Source: Acidobacteriota bacterium (lineage in GTDB: Bacteria > Acidobacteriota > Vicinamibacteria > Vicinamibacterales > JAKQTR01). From it: a stretch of 64,000 nt of DNA. The stretch is taken from positions 4,479 to 68,478 of the forward strand of contig JBAXOX010000011.1 in NCBI GenBank assembly GCA_037133015.1, written 5' to 3'. A program made the position numbers and the translations under genes. The notes below the pieces were generated by a model. That model searched no databases. It had not been told where the DNA came from and saw only the letters and a list, made by a program, of their open reading frames with translations. Positions 36,002 to 46,378 of this stretch are shown here, one piece after another; positions within the stretch are counted from its first letter, which is position 1; the number at the start of each line of letters is the position of its first letter.

Positions 36002-37080
36002 CGATCCCTCCCTCGCCTTGTCTGTTCGAGTGCATCTGCCAGATCGCCGCAGCCGTCGGCCGCCAGCTCGCTTCCCGCGTCTTCGTCGTAGATTGCCTCG
36101 GCGGGCGCGGCAGGTCTGGCCCGCTCGGGTGCCACCAGCGCGTCGAGCACCGCTTCCACCTCGCGCAACCGCAGGCAGGCCTGGTCGAGGTCGACGGCGC
36201 CGAAGCGCACCTGGTCGCCGGGCGCGGCCTGTGCGAGCCGCCACAGGTCGGCCGAAATCACCGTGGCGATCTTCGTGTAACCGCCCGTGGTGCCCCGGTC
36301 CGCCATCAGGACGATGGGCATGCCGTCGCCGCTCACCTGGACGATCCCGAACGTGGTGCCGTCCGACACGATGTCCGCCGTGGTCCGATGAGCGATCCGC
36401 GGCCCGTCAAACCGGCAGCCGATGCGGTCCGACTGCGGCGTCATGGTGTACGCGGCGGTCAGAAACGTCGACCGTCCCTGGTCGGAAAAGGCGTCGTCTT
36501 GCGGACCCAAGACCACGCGGACGTGATGCTGGTGGCCGTAGGATGGAATCGCCGATGCCCGCATAGCGCGTCTGGCTGCGGCTGTCTCGCGCGTCGGTTC
36601 ACCAAGCGGCAGGGTATCGCCCGCGCGAACGGGCCGTCCTTCGAAACCGCCGAGTCCGGTCCGCGTGGAGGTCGAGCGGCTCCCGAGCACCACCGGCACG
36701 TCGATGCCGCCGCCGATCGCGACGTACGCCCGCGTCCCGTCGCGCTGGCCAGAAAACGACAACACCGAACCCGCACGAACCGCGATCGTGCGCCACATCT
36801 GGATCGGACGCCCGTCCAGGCACGGGCCGAGGTGAGCACCGGTCACCGCGATCAGCCCGGACTGGGCGAACTGTACCTCTGGGCCGAGCAGCGTCGCCTC
36901 GAGGCCCGCGGCGGTATCGGGGTTGCCGACCAGTCGATTCGCCGCGCGGATCGCGAAGCTGTCCATCGCACCCGACACCGCGACGCCGAACCGCTGGTAC
37001 CGGACGCGCCCAAGATCCTGGACGGTGGTAAACAGGCCTCCGTCGAGCACGGCGATCGTTGGTGTGCGCCGATCATTCAC
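35998..37080 (-). CDS. pxpC: 5-oxoprolinase subunit C / KipA-type (allophanate hydrolase subunit 2 family)
   Basis: GTG start. The motifs GGLFTTVQDLGR..YQRFGV..SGAMD and the C-terminal TTGGYTKIATVISADL are typical of the family. Confidence 0.8.
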   Translation of the reverse strand: MNDRRTPTIAVLDGGLFTTVQDLGRVRYQRFGVAVSGAMDSFAIRAANRLVGNPDTAAGLEATLLGPEVQFAQSGLIAVTGAHLGPCLDGRPIQMWRTIAVRAGSVLSFSGQRDGTRAYVAIGGGIDVPVVLGSRSTSTRTGLGGFEGRPVRAGDTLPLGEPTRETAAARRAMRASAIPSYGHQHHVRVVLGPQDDAFSDQGRSTFLTAAYTMTPQSDRIGCRFDGPRIAHRTTADIVSDGTTFGIVQVSGDGMPIVLMADRGTTGGYTKIATVISADLWRLAQAAPGDQVRFGAVDLDQACLRLREVEAVLDALVAPERARPAAPAEAIYDEDAGSELAADGCGDLADALEQTRRGRDR

Positions 37081-37801
37081 GGGGGCGCACCGTTGGCGTC
37101 CACGCGCCGGCCGCGATCTGTGAGGCGATGGCCTGCGCCTGCTCAGCGCTGGCCGGCACGAACCGGATGTAGTCTCCCGCTTCGAACAGAACGGGAGGGT
37201 CGTGCGAGGCGTCGAAGATGCGTACCGGAGTCCACCCGATCAACCGCCAGCCGCCAGGCGTTTCGGTCGGGTAGATACCGGTCTGTTCCTGGGCGATGCC
37301 GACCGACCCGGTGGGCACTTTCGTGCGTGGACTGGGGAGCCTGGGCATCGCGATGCGCGGCGACAGGCCGCCGAGGTACGGGAAGCCCGCCATGAATCCC
37401 ATCATGTACACGAGGTACTCGCGTCCACTGTGAAGCGCGATCACCTCGTCGGCCGCCATGCCAGCCCATGCCGCCACATCGTCCAGATCCGGACCGTACC
37501 CACCTCCGTAGACCGTCGGAATATCGATCACCCTGGGCGGCGGCAGGAACACGTCGGCCAGCTGCTGCTCCGCGTCGAGCACGATGGCTTCGACCTGGCT
37601 GCGCGGCACGCGCAGAGGATCGTAGTGCACCATCACCGAGCGGTAGGTCGGGACGATTTCGATGATGCCCGGATCGCGGCGCAGAGAAAGGGCCGCGGCC
37701 AGCCGTCGAACGCAGAGATTGGTGGCCTCGTCGATGGCATCGCCGTATTCGACGACGACGGCGGAATCGCCAACGGTGAGAAACGCGGGACGTTCGTACA
37801 T
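37073..37801 (-). CDS. pxpB: 5-oxoprolinase subunit B / KipI-type (allophanate hydrolase subunit 1 family)
   Basis: MYERPAFLTVGDSAVVVEYGD..., VPTYRSVMVHYDP, GFMAGFPYLGGL, TGIYPTETPGGWRLIG. Confidence 0.8.
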   Translation of the reverse strand: MYERPAFLTVGDSAVVVEYGDAIDEATNLCVRRLAAALSLRRDPGIIEIVPTYRSVMVHYDPLRVPRSQVEAIVLDAEQQLADVFLPPPRVIDIPTVYGGGYGPDLDDVAAWAGMAADEVIALHSGREYLVYMMGFMAGFPYLGGLSPRIAMPRLPSPRTKVPTGSVGIAQEQTGIYPTETPGGWRLIGWTPVRIFDASHDPPVLFEAGDYIRFVPASAEQAQAIASQIAAGAWTPTVRPRE

Positions 37802-37937
37802 GAATTACGTGAAAAGTGGCCCAAGGCTACTCGCGGGTCCATCTTCCTGTCAAAACGACCTCACAACCGCGCCCGCAACGTCACTCCGAGGAGCGCCGTT
37901 GCGGGAAGGACGCGGTCGTGGTGATCGGCGGCAGCGG

Positions 37938-40900
37938 CTACTTGGCTTCGGTTGGGGTCACCTTCGCGGCGGCCGCGCTCGCCGCGCCGGCCGCGCGCCC
38001 TGGCATCACCGGCCGGATTCGCAGCAGTGTCAGCGTCGAGCCGTCGCGCTGCCCGGCCTCCTCGATGCGCTCGGTCTTGTACTGTCCGTCCTCCAGGTAC
38101 TTCACATGGGCCATCAGGAAGGAGAAGCCCGCCTTGGTCACCAGATTGAGCCACGGACCTTGCGCGGTTTCATCCGGGGCTTCGGTCATCCCGCTGTTGA
38201 ACGTGACTTGCGGATACGAACTCATCGTCCCGCGCCGGCTCCCGCTCTGGGCGCTCTGGCCGGTTCCTGCCGGGGTCGGTGCCCGGCGGCTCCCGCGTAA
38301 TTCGCCGGACTCGGGATCGCTGAAGAAGATCGTCGTGTCCTTGTACACCTGGATGTTGTAGACATGGGTGCCGAACCCGTTCGCCCAGCGCAGGTAGCGA
38401 GCCTGGGCGCGCACGTCCATGGCGCGCACGTCGGCGTTGCCGCTGACCTCCCGCACCACCGCCTCCCGCAACGCGTTGGTCGCCTCAGGAATATCGGGAT
38501 ACCGAGGATCGCGCAGCCCGCTGATCATCGTGTACCAGCCGCGCGAGGTCCAGTACGCCCGGAACTGCGGCGACACGTAGCCGGAGAACTGCTGTACCCA
38601 TTCGTGCGACGGATACCCGTGAGGATTCAGGTAGATGTCGGGCAACCACTCGCGCCAGATGCGTCCCTCGACCTCGGCCTCCGGCAGCAGGTTGTTTTGC
38701 CGGGACGTCACGTCCATCCCGAGCGCGCTGTAGCGGCCGGCGTGCAGCATGTGGTTCGGCGTGAGTTTCTGCAGGTCGAACGCGATCTGCGCGCCATCCG
38801 GGTTCATCACCGGATCCAGAATGACGTTCACCTTCTTGAGGATCTCCCGGTATTTCGGGTCGGTGGCCAGCAGTTCGGCCAGCCGCAAGATGTGGCTCGT
38901 GGATGACACCTCGTTGGCGTGCTGACGTCCCATCACGAAGATCGTGGGTTTGTACGCCGACAGCTTCGTCACCGACACCAGTTCACTCGGCGTCGGCAGC
39001 GTGATTTCCAGCACCGACATGTCGCGCCGGCGGTACGACTGGCCGACGCGGTACGCCTTGACTTCCCGGTAGGCCGAGAGTTTCTTGACGATCTCCTCGG
39101 CTTCGCCGGGACTGATGACGTGGTCCCACGTGACGACCGGTAATGTCGGCGTGCGCTGCGCCGTGCGGACGTTTGACGGGAGCGTCGAGCCGGTGTTCTT
39201 GATGACGCGCCGCGATCGGACCTCCTTGAGTCCAATCGCCACGGCAATCGTGTCGACGTGGTCGAACGACAGGGTCTGGCGGAACAGCCCCGCGGCGTGG
39301 AGACGCGCGAGCCCGTCGAGTGCGTCGGCGGCACGGGCCGCTTCCCGATCGTTGGTGGCCTCGACCTGCAGCTCGATTTCGCTCACCCGATCGGCGCGCA
39401 CCACCGCCCGCAACGCCTGTGGAGCGGTGGTGTCAATCCGGCCGAGCGAACGCGTGAGGGTGACCGGCTTGTCGGCGTCCTTCTCCTTGTAGGTGACGTC
39501 GAGCCGAGGATTGGTCGCCGCGTTGGCGGCGTAGAGGATACGCGCTTCACCCGGCTTGCCCGGACGGCTCGGGTGGATGATCGGCAGGATCTTTCCCGGT
39601 GCGCCGATTCGCTGGCGCGTGATCGTGCGGCCCATGGCGCTGAAGAAATCGAGCGTGACGAAATAGAGATCCTCGTGGAGCGATTCGAGCGACGAGATCT
39701 GCTCTTCGTCCACGCCGATCCGGAAGTCGGGCTCGCTCATCCAGACTTCGATGTCGAGGTCTCGGAAGAAGGGCTGCTTGTCGGTCGTCGGCCGTCCACC
39801 GGTCACTTTCATGACGTGGTCGTACACCTTCGGCAACACCTTGGCCTGGTAATAATCCCAGAACCGTTCGGGATCGGTCAGGATCCGGGCGTCGATGGCA
39901 GGCTTGCCATCCACCGTCGCCGTGATCCAGCCGGTGGTCACCTCGACTTTCGCCCAGCCGGGAAACTTGTCGAGATACTCACGGTCGGCGAACTTCGGGT
40001 TGAACGACGCGTGGAACACGGTCTTGCCGGCCGCATCGGCGACCTCAATCGCGTAGATGTCCTTGGCGTCGTCGACCAGTTCCATGGTGAAGGCGTCTTT
40101 CCGGATGCCGAGGTCGCGTTCGAACACCTCGTCGACCGGGAACAGTTCCTGAAGCCAGCGGCTCGGCACCATGTAGAACTTGTACTTCTTGGCGAGGTCC
40201 GGCTTATGGGCCAGCACTTTGATGTGCACCGACCGGGCGCCCTTGCCTTTCAATTCGGGAAGGACCTGCTCGGTCAGCCAGAGATAGCCCTGCTTGTAGG
40301 CCGAGAGCACCTTGACGCGGGGCTTGACGGCGCCGGCTTTCGTCAGTTCGGCCTGTGCCTGCCCAGCGAGCGACGCGCGAAGCTCGGGCGGCTCGCTCAG
40401 CCTGACTTCGAGGTCGACGGCCGATCCGGCCTTGACCTTGGGCAGCACCTCGGCTTTGAACTTTGCCCAGAACTCGTCGACCTCCCACGGGATCTCCGGC
40501 TTGTCTTCCAGCACCGGCACCGGATCGGTGACGCCCTGGCTGGCGACCGTGATCTTCGCGTCGGGAAACGCCTGCTTCACCTGACCGGTGAGGTATGTGG
40601 AGAACTCCGCGTCGCCGTTTTCCAGGTAGAGCTTTGCGTCGAGCGAGTCGACCTTCTTGCCTTTGAGATCGTCGAGAACGGAGGCGAGTTCCTGGACTGC
40701 CTGTGCGGCCTGGCCGGCGCCGTTCTTGCCGCCGAGGAAGCGCGCGGTTTCGTCGATCAGATCGTCGTAGGAAAACGCTCCGCGGGCAATGTCCCACAGA
40801 TACGGCACCCGCCGCGCCAGATAGAGGCTGGCCGCGTCGGTGCCCGCCTGGTCGGCTCCAGCGACCACGGTTGCGGTGGCCACGCCGAAGGCGCGGGGGA

Positions 40901-42353
40901 CGATCTGAATCGTGCCCTGGCCCGGCTGCAGATCGTCGAGCTTCGCCCGTCCAATCTTGACCAGTTGCCGCACCTGCGTGTTGGTGCGGCCGACCAGAAT
41001 CGGACTCGGCTCGCGGCTGGGATCCCTGATCTTGTCGTCGGTCTTGGTCAACGGCAGGCTGATCCCGGTCGATTCAAGCCCCAGCCGCGCGGCGATGTGC
41101 GCTGCCCCGAGCGAGTCCTGTGCGCCTCCGAGCACGATCGTGGTTTCGGTCCGATCCGGAATCAGGTCGACAAAGGCGTCGCCGAACCAGCCGTCGATCG
41201 AATAGGCGTTCGACAGGTCGAAGGGCTTTGCCGTGACGGGCACCGCCGGGACGGCGCCGGGCGCGCCTCCCCCGTCCGATGGAGGCGCCGCCGCTGCCCC
41301 CGCAGACGCGGCACCGGTCGCCGCCGAACCGCCTGCGGCCGTGCCAGCGCCCGCCGCGCCGCCGGCTCCCGCTGTGGCGCCACCACTGCCGGCTCCGCGG
41401 CCGCCGCCTGCCGCCGGTGCCGGCGCCAACGGATCGGGCATGAACTCCTCCGGATCGACCGGTGGTGTCAGCGTGCGACCGTTGAGGCCCGACCGGCGCA
41501 CCGAGGCCCGGCCGACGGCCTTGCCGTCAACCACGACCGAGACAATGGTGGCCGCGGCGTCCGAGAAGTTGAGGACGCGGGGTTCCTGCCCGCGCCGGTG
41601 CGCGCGATCGAGATCCTCGATCAGCGCGACGGCCCGCTTGGCGTCCTCACTGCGCACATGGAGCGTGACGGTGATGGAGGCGATGCCCCGCCGGTCGCTG
41701 TCGACAATCAACGCGGTGACGGCTGCGCGCGAAGCCGTGAGGCCCTTGGCCCTCAGGTACTGGAGCGCCTGTTGCTCGATAGCCGCCAGCGTCACGCCCG
41801 ACATCGTCCACAATCGCGGCAACCGCGCAGCCAATTCCACGGCCGCGTTCAGCGTTCCCGCCCCGTCGCCGCCGACCACGACAATGCCGACGGGGCCTCC
41901 GTTGGGCGCGTCCACGATGCCGAGCAGGCCCTGTCCGGGTGCGAGCGCTTTGAGGTCGATCGCGCCCTTCTCCGCCATGGTCTTCACGAACGTATTCTCA
42001 CGACCGACAAAGATGGGGAGTGCGATCGCGGTGAGGTCGGCGACCTGATCGTCGCGCAGCACCAGCGGGAGCGTCAGCGCGGTGGTTTCGTAGCCGAGCC
42101 TGGCGGCGATGTTGGTGGCCGCTTCGATATCTTCGATGGCGGGCGTGGCGGGCACGATCACGCGCGCCGCGACGGTGTCGGCGAGGCCGTCGGCATTGGT
42201 GTCGCGGACCGCGCCCCGGGCCAGTTCGAACACCGAGCCCAGTCGATCCAGTCGAGGAGCCGACAACACCGCCGCGCTGGTGCCGCGAGCCTGAATCGCA
42301 CCAGTGATGAGCAAGACGACCAGGAAACCCGCAGCCGCAATTCGATTGAGCAC
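37938..42353 (-). CDS. Very large secreted protein with C-terminal M14 zinc-carboxypeptidase domain
   Basis: Likely GTG start at 42353 (GGGAGG 7 nt upstream, then VLNRIAAAGFLVVLLITGAIQA as signal/anchor). M14 motifs: GRQHANEVSS (HxxE), NPDG, and a later HGYP. The N-terminal half contains an internally duplicated ~120-aa module and a Gly/Ala-rich linker. Confidence 0.8.
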   Translation of the reverse strand: MLNRIAAAGFLVVLLITGAIQARGTSAAVLSAPRLDRLGSVFELARGAVRDTNADGLADTVAARVIVPATPAIEDIEAATNIAARLGYETTALTLPLVLRDDQVADLTAIALPIFVGRENTFVKTMAEKGAIDLKALAPGQGLLGIVDAPNGGPVGIVVVGGDGAGTLNAAVELAARLPRLWTMSGVTLAAIEQQALQYLRAKGLTASRAAVTALIVDSDRRGIASITVTLHVRSEDAKRAVALIEDLDRAHRRGQEPRVLNFSDAAATIVSVVVDGKAVGRASVRRSGLNGRTLTPPVDPEEFMPDPLAPAPAAGGGRGAGSGGATAGAGGAAGAGTAAGGSAATGAASAGAAAAPPSDGGGAPGAVPAVPVTAKPFDLSNAYSIDGWFGDAFVDLIPDRTETTIVLGGAQDSLGAAHIAARLGLESTGISLPLTKTDDKIRDPSREPSPILVGRTNTQVRQLVKIGRAKLDDLQPGQGTIQIVPRAFGVATATVVAGADQAGTDAASLYLARRVPYLWDIARGAFSYDDLIDETARFLGGKNGAGQAAQAVQELASVLDDLKGKKVDSLDAKLYLENGDAEFSTYLTGQVKQAFPDAKITVASQGVTDPVPVLEDKPEIPWEVDEFWAKFKAEVLPKVKAGSAVDLEVRLSEPPELRASLAGQAQAELTKAGAVKPRVKVLSAYKQGYLWLTEQVLPELKGKGARSVHIKVLAHKPDLAKKYKFYMVPSRWLQELFPVDEVFERDLGIRKDAFTMELVDDAKDIYAIEVADAAGKTVFHASFNPKFADREYLDKFPGWAKVEVTTGWITATVDGKPAIDARILTDPERFWDYYQAKVLPKVYDHVMKVTGGRPTTDKQPFFRDLDIEVWMSEPDFRIGVDEEQISSLESLHEDLYFVTLDFFSAMGRTITRQRIGAPGKILPIIHPSRPGKPGEARILYAANAATNPRLDVTYKEKDADKPVTLTRSLGRIDTTAPQALRAVVRADRVSEIELQVEATNDREAARAADALDGLARLHAAGLFRQTLSFDHVDTIAVAIGLKEVRSRRVIKNTGSTLPSNVRTAQRTPTLPVVTWDHVISPGEAEEIVKKLSAYREVKAYRVGQSYRRRDMSVLEITLPTPSELVSVTKLSAYKPTIFVMGRQHANEVSSTSHILRLAELLATDPKYREILKKVNVILDPVMNPDGAQIAFDLQKLTPNHMLHAGRYSALGMDVTSRQNNLLPEAEVEGRIWREWLPDIYLNPHGYPSHEWVQQFSGYVSPQFRAYWTSRGWYTMISGLRDPRYPDIPEATNALREAVVREVSGNADVRAMDVRAQARYLRWANGFGTHVYNIQVYKDTTIFFSDPESGELRGSRRAPTPAGTGQSAQSGSRRGTMSSYPQVTFNSGMTEAPDETAQGPWLNLVTKAGFSFLMAHVKYLEDGQYKTERIEEAGQRDGSTLTLLRIRPVMPGRAAGAASAAAAKVTPTEAK

Positions 42354-42455
42354 CTTCGACCCTCCCGTTTCAGTCACCGATCTGGCACGGACCCGCCACG
42401 CGGACATCGGGCTGGCGGCGGCGCCGCCGGCCCGACGTCTCTCACACGTGGTCGA

Positions 42456-45377
42456 TTAGAACTGGTATCGCAAGGCCAACTCGATTTGGCGTGACGGGGC
42501 ATTGATGTTGCCCGCCATCCCCGTCGGCTGGCCGAACAGGGCCGACGTCAGGCTGCCGGTGGCCGTCCCGAAGTTCGCACGGTTGAACACGTTGAACAAC
42601 TGGGCGATCATTTCGACCCGGTGCGACCCGCCGAAGCTGAAGAACTTCGAGAGGCGCAGATCGACGTTGACGTAGCCGGCGCAGGAGACCGCGTCCGAGG
42701 CGACCGTTGTCAAGCCCCTCGCCGCCCTGAAGGCGTTGACGGCGTCCAGGTTGAGGGACCGGCAGCCGCTGCCGGGAATCACGCCAGCCGGCAGGTCGTT
42801 GCTGTAGCCGTCGCCGTTCAGTTCGATCGACGAACTCGGCCCGAACGGAAGGCTGCTGCGGAAGTCGCCGATCACCGAGAGTTGCGCGTCGCCGGGCAGT
42901 TGCGCGACCCCACTCACCACGAGGCGGTGCCGCCGGTCCGCCGCGCCGGGGCGGGCCACCGAGATGTAGCCATAGTGGTCGGCCAGGGCGTTGGTCGTGC
43001 TGACGTCTACCGCCTTGCTGAGCGTGTAGGACGCCATGTACTGGTAGCGATGGCTGAGCCGCTTGTCAACTTTGAGCAGAAACGCCTTGTAGGTGTTGTC
43101 GGCCGTCGGCACCCGATAGCTGACCCGGTTGTACTGCGGATAGGGTTTGCTCGTGGTGACAAACGGCGTCGCGGGCAGATTGGCGTCGACCGTTTCCTGA
43201 TCCGAGTAGCGGTAGACCATCAGCAGGTCCGCCGTGACCCCGATATCGTGGCCAAGCATCCGCGTGAACCCGACGTCCAACTGATGCGCATACGGATTGG
43301 GGGTCGAGTTGTCGTAGACCGTGATGTTCCCCGGCGCGGTCGAGAGGAAGGCATCGCGCGACTTGCCCTGAAATGGATCCGGGAACGACGGCTTCTGAAT
43401 GGTGATCGTCTTGCCCTGCGGCCACGTCAACTCGCCGAAGTTGTTGAGCGTCCGCATGTTGTCATAGAACATGCCGTAGCCGGCGTGCACGTTGGTCGCA
43501 TTGTCGCCGGTCGGGTCCCACGCCAGCCCGATGCGCGGCCCGAAGTTGTTGCGGTCTCCCCGCTTCTGCCACCCGTCCTGCCACGGGCTGATGGGCACGG
43601 TGTAGCCGGTTCCCGCCCCCAGTTTCGCGGCGATCTTGGCCAGCAATCCGGGCAGATCTTCGTTGAACGAACCGGTCTGCCGGTCGTAGCGCAGCCCGAG
43701 GTTGAAGGTGAGCCCGCTTCTCACCGCCCAGTCGTCCTGCACGTAGAACGCGACGTGCTTGGTCAGGATGTTCGCGTAGGTCGGAAGCGTGTTCGTGTAA
43801 CTGGTCGGCCACGTCGTCGAATCGTTCGCGTCGTAGACCTTGTCTTTCGGGAAGGTCCAGCTGCCGTACGGCGAGCCCATGTTGTCGCCTTCGAACGGAA
43901 TCCGGCTGTAGTCGAATCCCATCTTGATTTGGTGCCGGCCGCCCCAGCGGGCGAGCAGGTACGAGAAGTCGTCCTTGATCTCCCAACGGGTCTCGGGTCC
44001 CATCTGTGCGTTGCCGCAGCCGCCAAACGTGATCGACGGATAGCTGTAGACCGGCGTGCAGAGCGGCAGGCGGGCGGTAAAGTCGGCCGGCGCCCAGCTG
44101 CCGTGGCTGTAGGGCGGGGCGACCTCGTACTTCGAGAACGCATACTGGAAGCGGAAGTCGTTGAGCGCGCGCGCGCCCATCACCCACGTGTGGCCGAGCA
44201 CCGCCGAATCACGGGGCACGGCAAAATCGTACGCCGCGCTCGGCGTCGTCCGGCCGCCCGCCGTGATGATCGGCCGGTATTCGTTTTCCTGCGCCAGGCG
44301 GAGGAACGCGTTCTGGGTGGAATTGATCTGGTGGTCGATCTTGGCGGTGTACGTCCAGCGCGTCTGCTTGCTCAGGTAGGAACGATCCTGATCGGCCCAA
44401 ATGCCGCCGGTGTAGACGGTCATGTACTGATTTTCGTTGGTGGCTTCGTACGCGCCGAAAAAGTGCGTCCGGTTCTTGATGATGGGACCGCCAAACGTGC
44501 CGCCGTACTGGAACCGGCGGAAATCGGGCTTGCCGTTGGTCGACGTCACCTTCGGCCCACTGGTCCCGTCCTGCAGTTGCTCGAAATAGGAGGTCGCGGT
44601 CAGCGCCTTGTCGCGGAAGAACAGCAGCCCGGATCCGTGCAGTTGGTTGGTTCCCGACTTGGACACGACGGTGACCAGCCCCCCGGTTGCCAGCCCGTAC
44701 TCGGCTTTGTAGTTGGACGTCGACACCTTGAACTCGCGGATCGAATCCATCGCGAAGTTCTGGCGCGGCTCGCCCATCTCAGCCCAGGTGTTGTTGACGC
44801 CGTCGACCACGAAGCCGTTCGAGTACTCGCGGGTGCCGGCGCCCACGTTGACGTTGCCCCGATAGAAGGTGCCTCGGATATTGTCCTGCGACGTGCCAGG
44901 CGTCAGCATGGCCAGGTCGATCCAGCGGCGCGAGGCGACGGGAAGCGACTGGATCTGTTCGTTCGACACGCTGGTCGAGACCGTCGAGACCGTCGTGTCG
45001 ACAATGGGCGATTCGGTGGTAACGGTGACCGACTCGGCGATCGACGCCGGCTTGAGGATAAAGTCGATGGGGGCTGTCTGATCGATCACCAGAACGAGGT
45101 CCGACCGCGTTTCCGTGTTGAACCCCTGCAATTCCATCGAGACCGTGTACGTCCCTGGCGGGAGCGCCGACAGCCGGTACTTGCCGGCCTGATCGGTGAC
45201 CGCGGTCCGGGCCAGTCCCGTATCTTTGTTCTTGGCGGTCACGACAGCGCCGGGCACCAATCCGCCGCTCTGGTCCTTGGCCACGCCGACCACCAGGGCA
45301 TTTTGCGCAAACAGCGGCAGCGGTCCGACCAGCAGAAGCGCCGCCGCCGCGACGAGAGTCCACGCCGACTTTCGCAT
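42456..45377 (-). CDS. TonB-dependent outer-membrane receptor with N-terminal CarboxypepD_reg domain (Oar-like)
   Basis: ATG at 45377 is preceded by GGAGGAGG. Signal peptide MRKSAWTLVAAAALLLVGPLPLFAQ. It has the motif GVAKDQSGGLVPGAVVTAKNKDTGLARTAVTDQAGKYRLSALPPGTY, a plug/barrel region, and the terminal LALRYQF. Confidence 0.88.
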   Translation of the reverse strand: MRKSAWTLVAAAALLLVGPLPLFAQNALVVGVAKDQSGGLVPGAVVTAKNKDTGLARTAVTDQAGKYRLSALPPGTYTVSMELQGFNTETRSDLVLVIDQTAPIDFILKPASIAESVTVTTESPIVDTTVSTVSTSVSNEQIQSLPVASRRWIDLAMLTPGTSQDNIRGTFYRGNVNVGAGTREYSNGFVVDGVNNTWAEMGEPRQNFAMDSIREFKVSTSNYKAEYGLATGGLVTVVSKSGTNQLHGSGLLFFRDKALTATSYFEQLQDGTSGPKVTSTNGKPDFRRFQYGGTFGGPIIKNRTHFFGAYEATNENQYMTVYTGGIWADQDRSYLSKQTRWTYTAKIDHQINSTQNAFLRLAQENEYRPIITAGGRTTPSAAYDFAVPRDSAVLGHTWVMGARALNDFRFQYAFSKYEVAPPYSHGSWAPADFTARLPLCTPVYSYPSITFGGCGNAQMGPETRWEIKDDFSYLLARWGGRHQIKMGFDYSRIPFEGDNMGSPYGSWTFPKDKVYDANDSTTWPTSYTNTLPTYANILTKHVAFYVQDDWAVRSGLTFNLGLRYDRQTGSFNEDLPGLLAKIAAKLGAGTGYTVPISPWQDGWQKRGDRNNFGPRIGLAWDPTGDNATNVHAGYGMFYDNMRTLNNFGELTWPQGKTITIQKPSFPDPFQGKSRDAFLSTAPGNITVYDNSTPNPYAHQLDVGFTRMLGHDIGVTADLLMVYRYSDQETVDANLPATPFVTTSKPYPQYNRVSYRVPTADNTYKAFLLKVDKRLSHRYQYMASYTLSKAVDVSTTNALADHYGYISVARPGAADRRHRLVVSGVAQLPGDAQLSVIGDFRSSLPFGPSSSIELNGDGYSNDLPAGVIPGSGCRSLNLDAVNAFRAARGLTTVASDAVSCAGYVNVDLRLSKFFSFGGSHRVEMIAQLFNVFNRANFGTATGSLTSALFGQPTGMAGNINAPSRQIELALRYQF

Positions 45378-45989
45378 ATCGTCCTCCTCCGTCCACGATG
45401 TTCGCGGACAAGCCCCCGCAGTTGACGTTCCGGCCGTTGTCGACGTCGGCGGACCAGCGCCGCCGGTTTCTCGATGGCGAGACAGACTGCACCCCGCCAC
45501 CGTGCGGCAGGGGCTGTCGCGCCCCGCTCGAAACTCAAGAACGCGTCGTGTTGCGGCTACCGCTGCGTGAATCGTGTCGCGGTACGTCCGCCCGTTTGGG
45601 ACGCGTTGCCAGATGATGCCGGTGCGGAAAAAAATCGTGTGCGGTCAGAGTAAGGATGATGAGGGTCCGCGACTGCGGGAAGGATAGTGAGCCGGGAATG
45701 TGGGAGGTGTTCGTGCTGCAGGAGCGCGCCCGAGATCGCGGTGAGCACAACGCGTCGACGCCGGCCGTGATCGGGCCTGGGCGAACATCTCGCGTCTGAT
45801 GGGGGGCTCAGCAACGTGATCATCAGTGTCCAAAGGCTAGCAGCGTCCTCGCCAAGCGGTGCCGACCCGCGTCGGGCGCCGGGGGCGCTGCTGGATGTCC
45901 AGTGTCGCGCACTCTACAGCAAAGGACGACGACGTGGCAACCGTCTATCCCGTTTATAATCAGGAATCCCACCATCAAGGAGTTGTGCC

Positions 45990-46235
45990 ATGAGCGGTAC
46001 TCGTGCGAAGAACCTTCCCGTCGCGATCGGTCTGAATCTCGTGCTCCCCGGCGCCGGTTACATGTACATGGGCAGGGTGATACTCGGAATATTAGCCTTG
46101 CTCCTGGTCCTTGGAGTGTTGGTGTCGACCGGGATGGCGTTGCTCGTCCCTACCTGGCTGGGCCTGAACGCCGTCATGGCGATCGACATGGTGATCCTGT
46201 TCAGGAAGAACAGGGCGGCGGCGGCTCGGGCGTGA
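45990..46235 (+). CDS. Small membrane protein (two TM helices)
   Basis: AAGGAG sits 8 nt upstream of the ATG. The 81-aa product contains LNLVLPGAGYMYMG, a motif common in small TM2-like proteins. Confidence 0.55.
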   Translation: MSGTRAKNLPVAIGLNLVLPGAGYMYMGRVILGILALLLVLGVLVSTGMALLVPTWLGLNAVMAIDMVILFRKNRAAAARA

Positions 46236-46378
46236 CGCGCGGGCGTCACGCGCGGGCGTGATCGAGATTGCCCGGCGCTACCAACGGAGGTAAAATTCTT
46301 ACACCTCGACAATTTAGGACAGGATGGGGCCCAACCCCGGGAGTCGTCCGTCTCGACGCTGGCGAGGAGGAGGATGGT

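Noticed and set aside
45378-45989. 612-nt spacer upstream of the TonB-dependent receptor, inspected for a cobalamin or other riboswitch.
   Set aside because: I could not find a B12 box or any other riboswitch core sequence by eye on the receptor's sense strand. An Rfam scan would be needed to exclude one.
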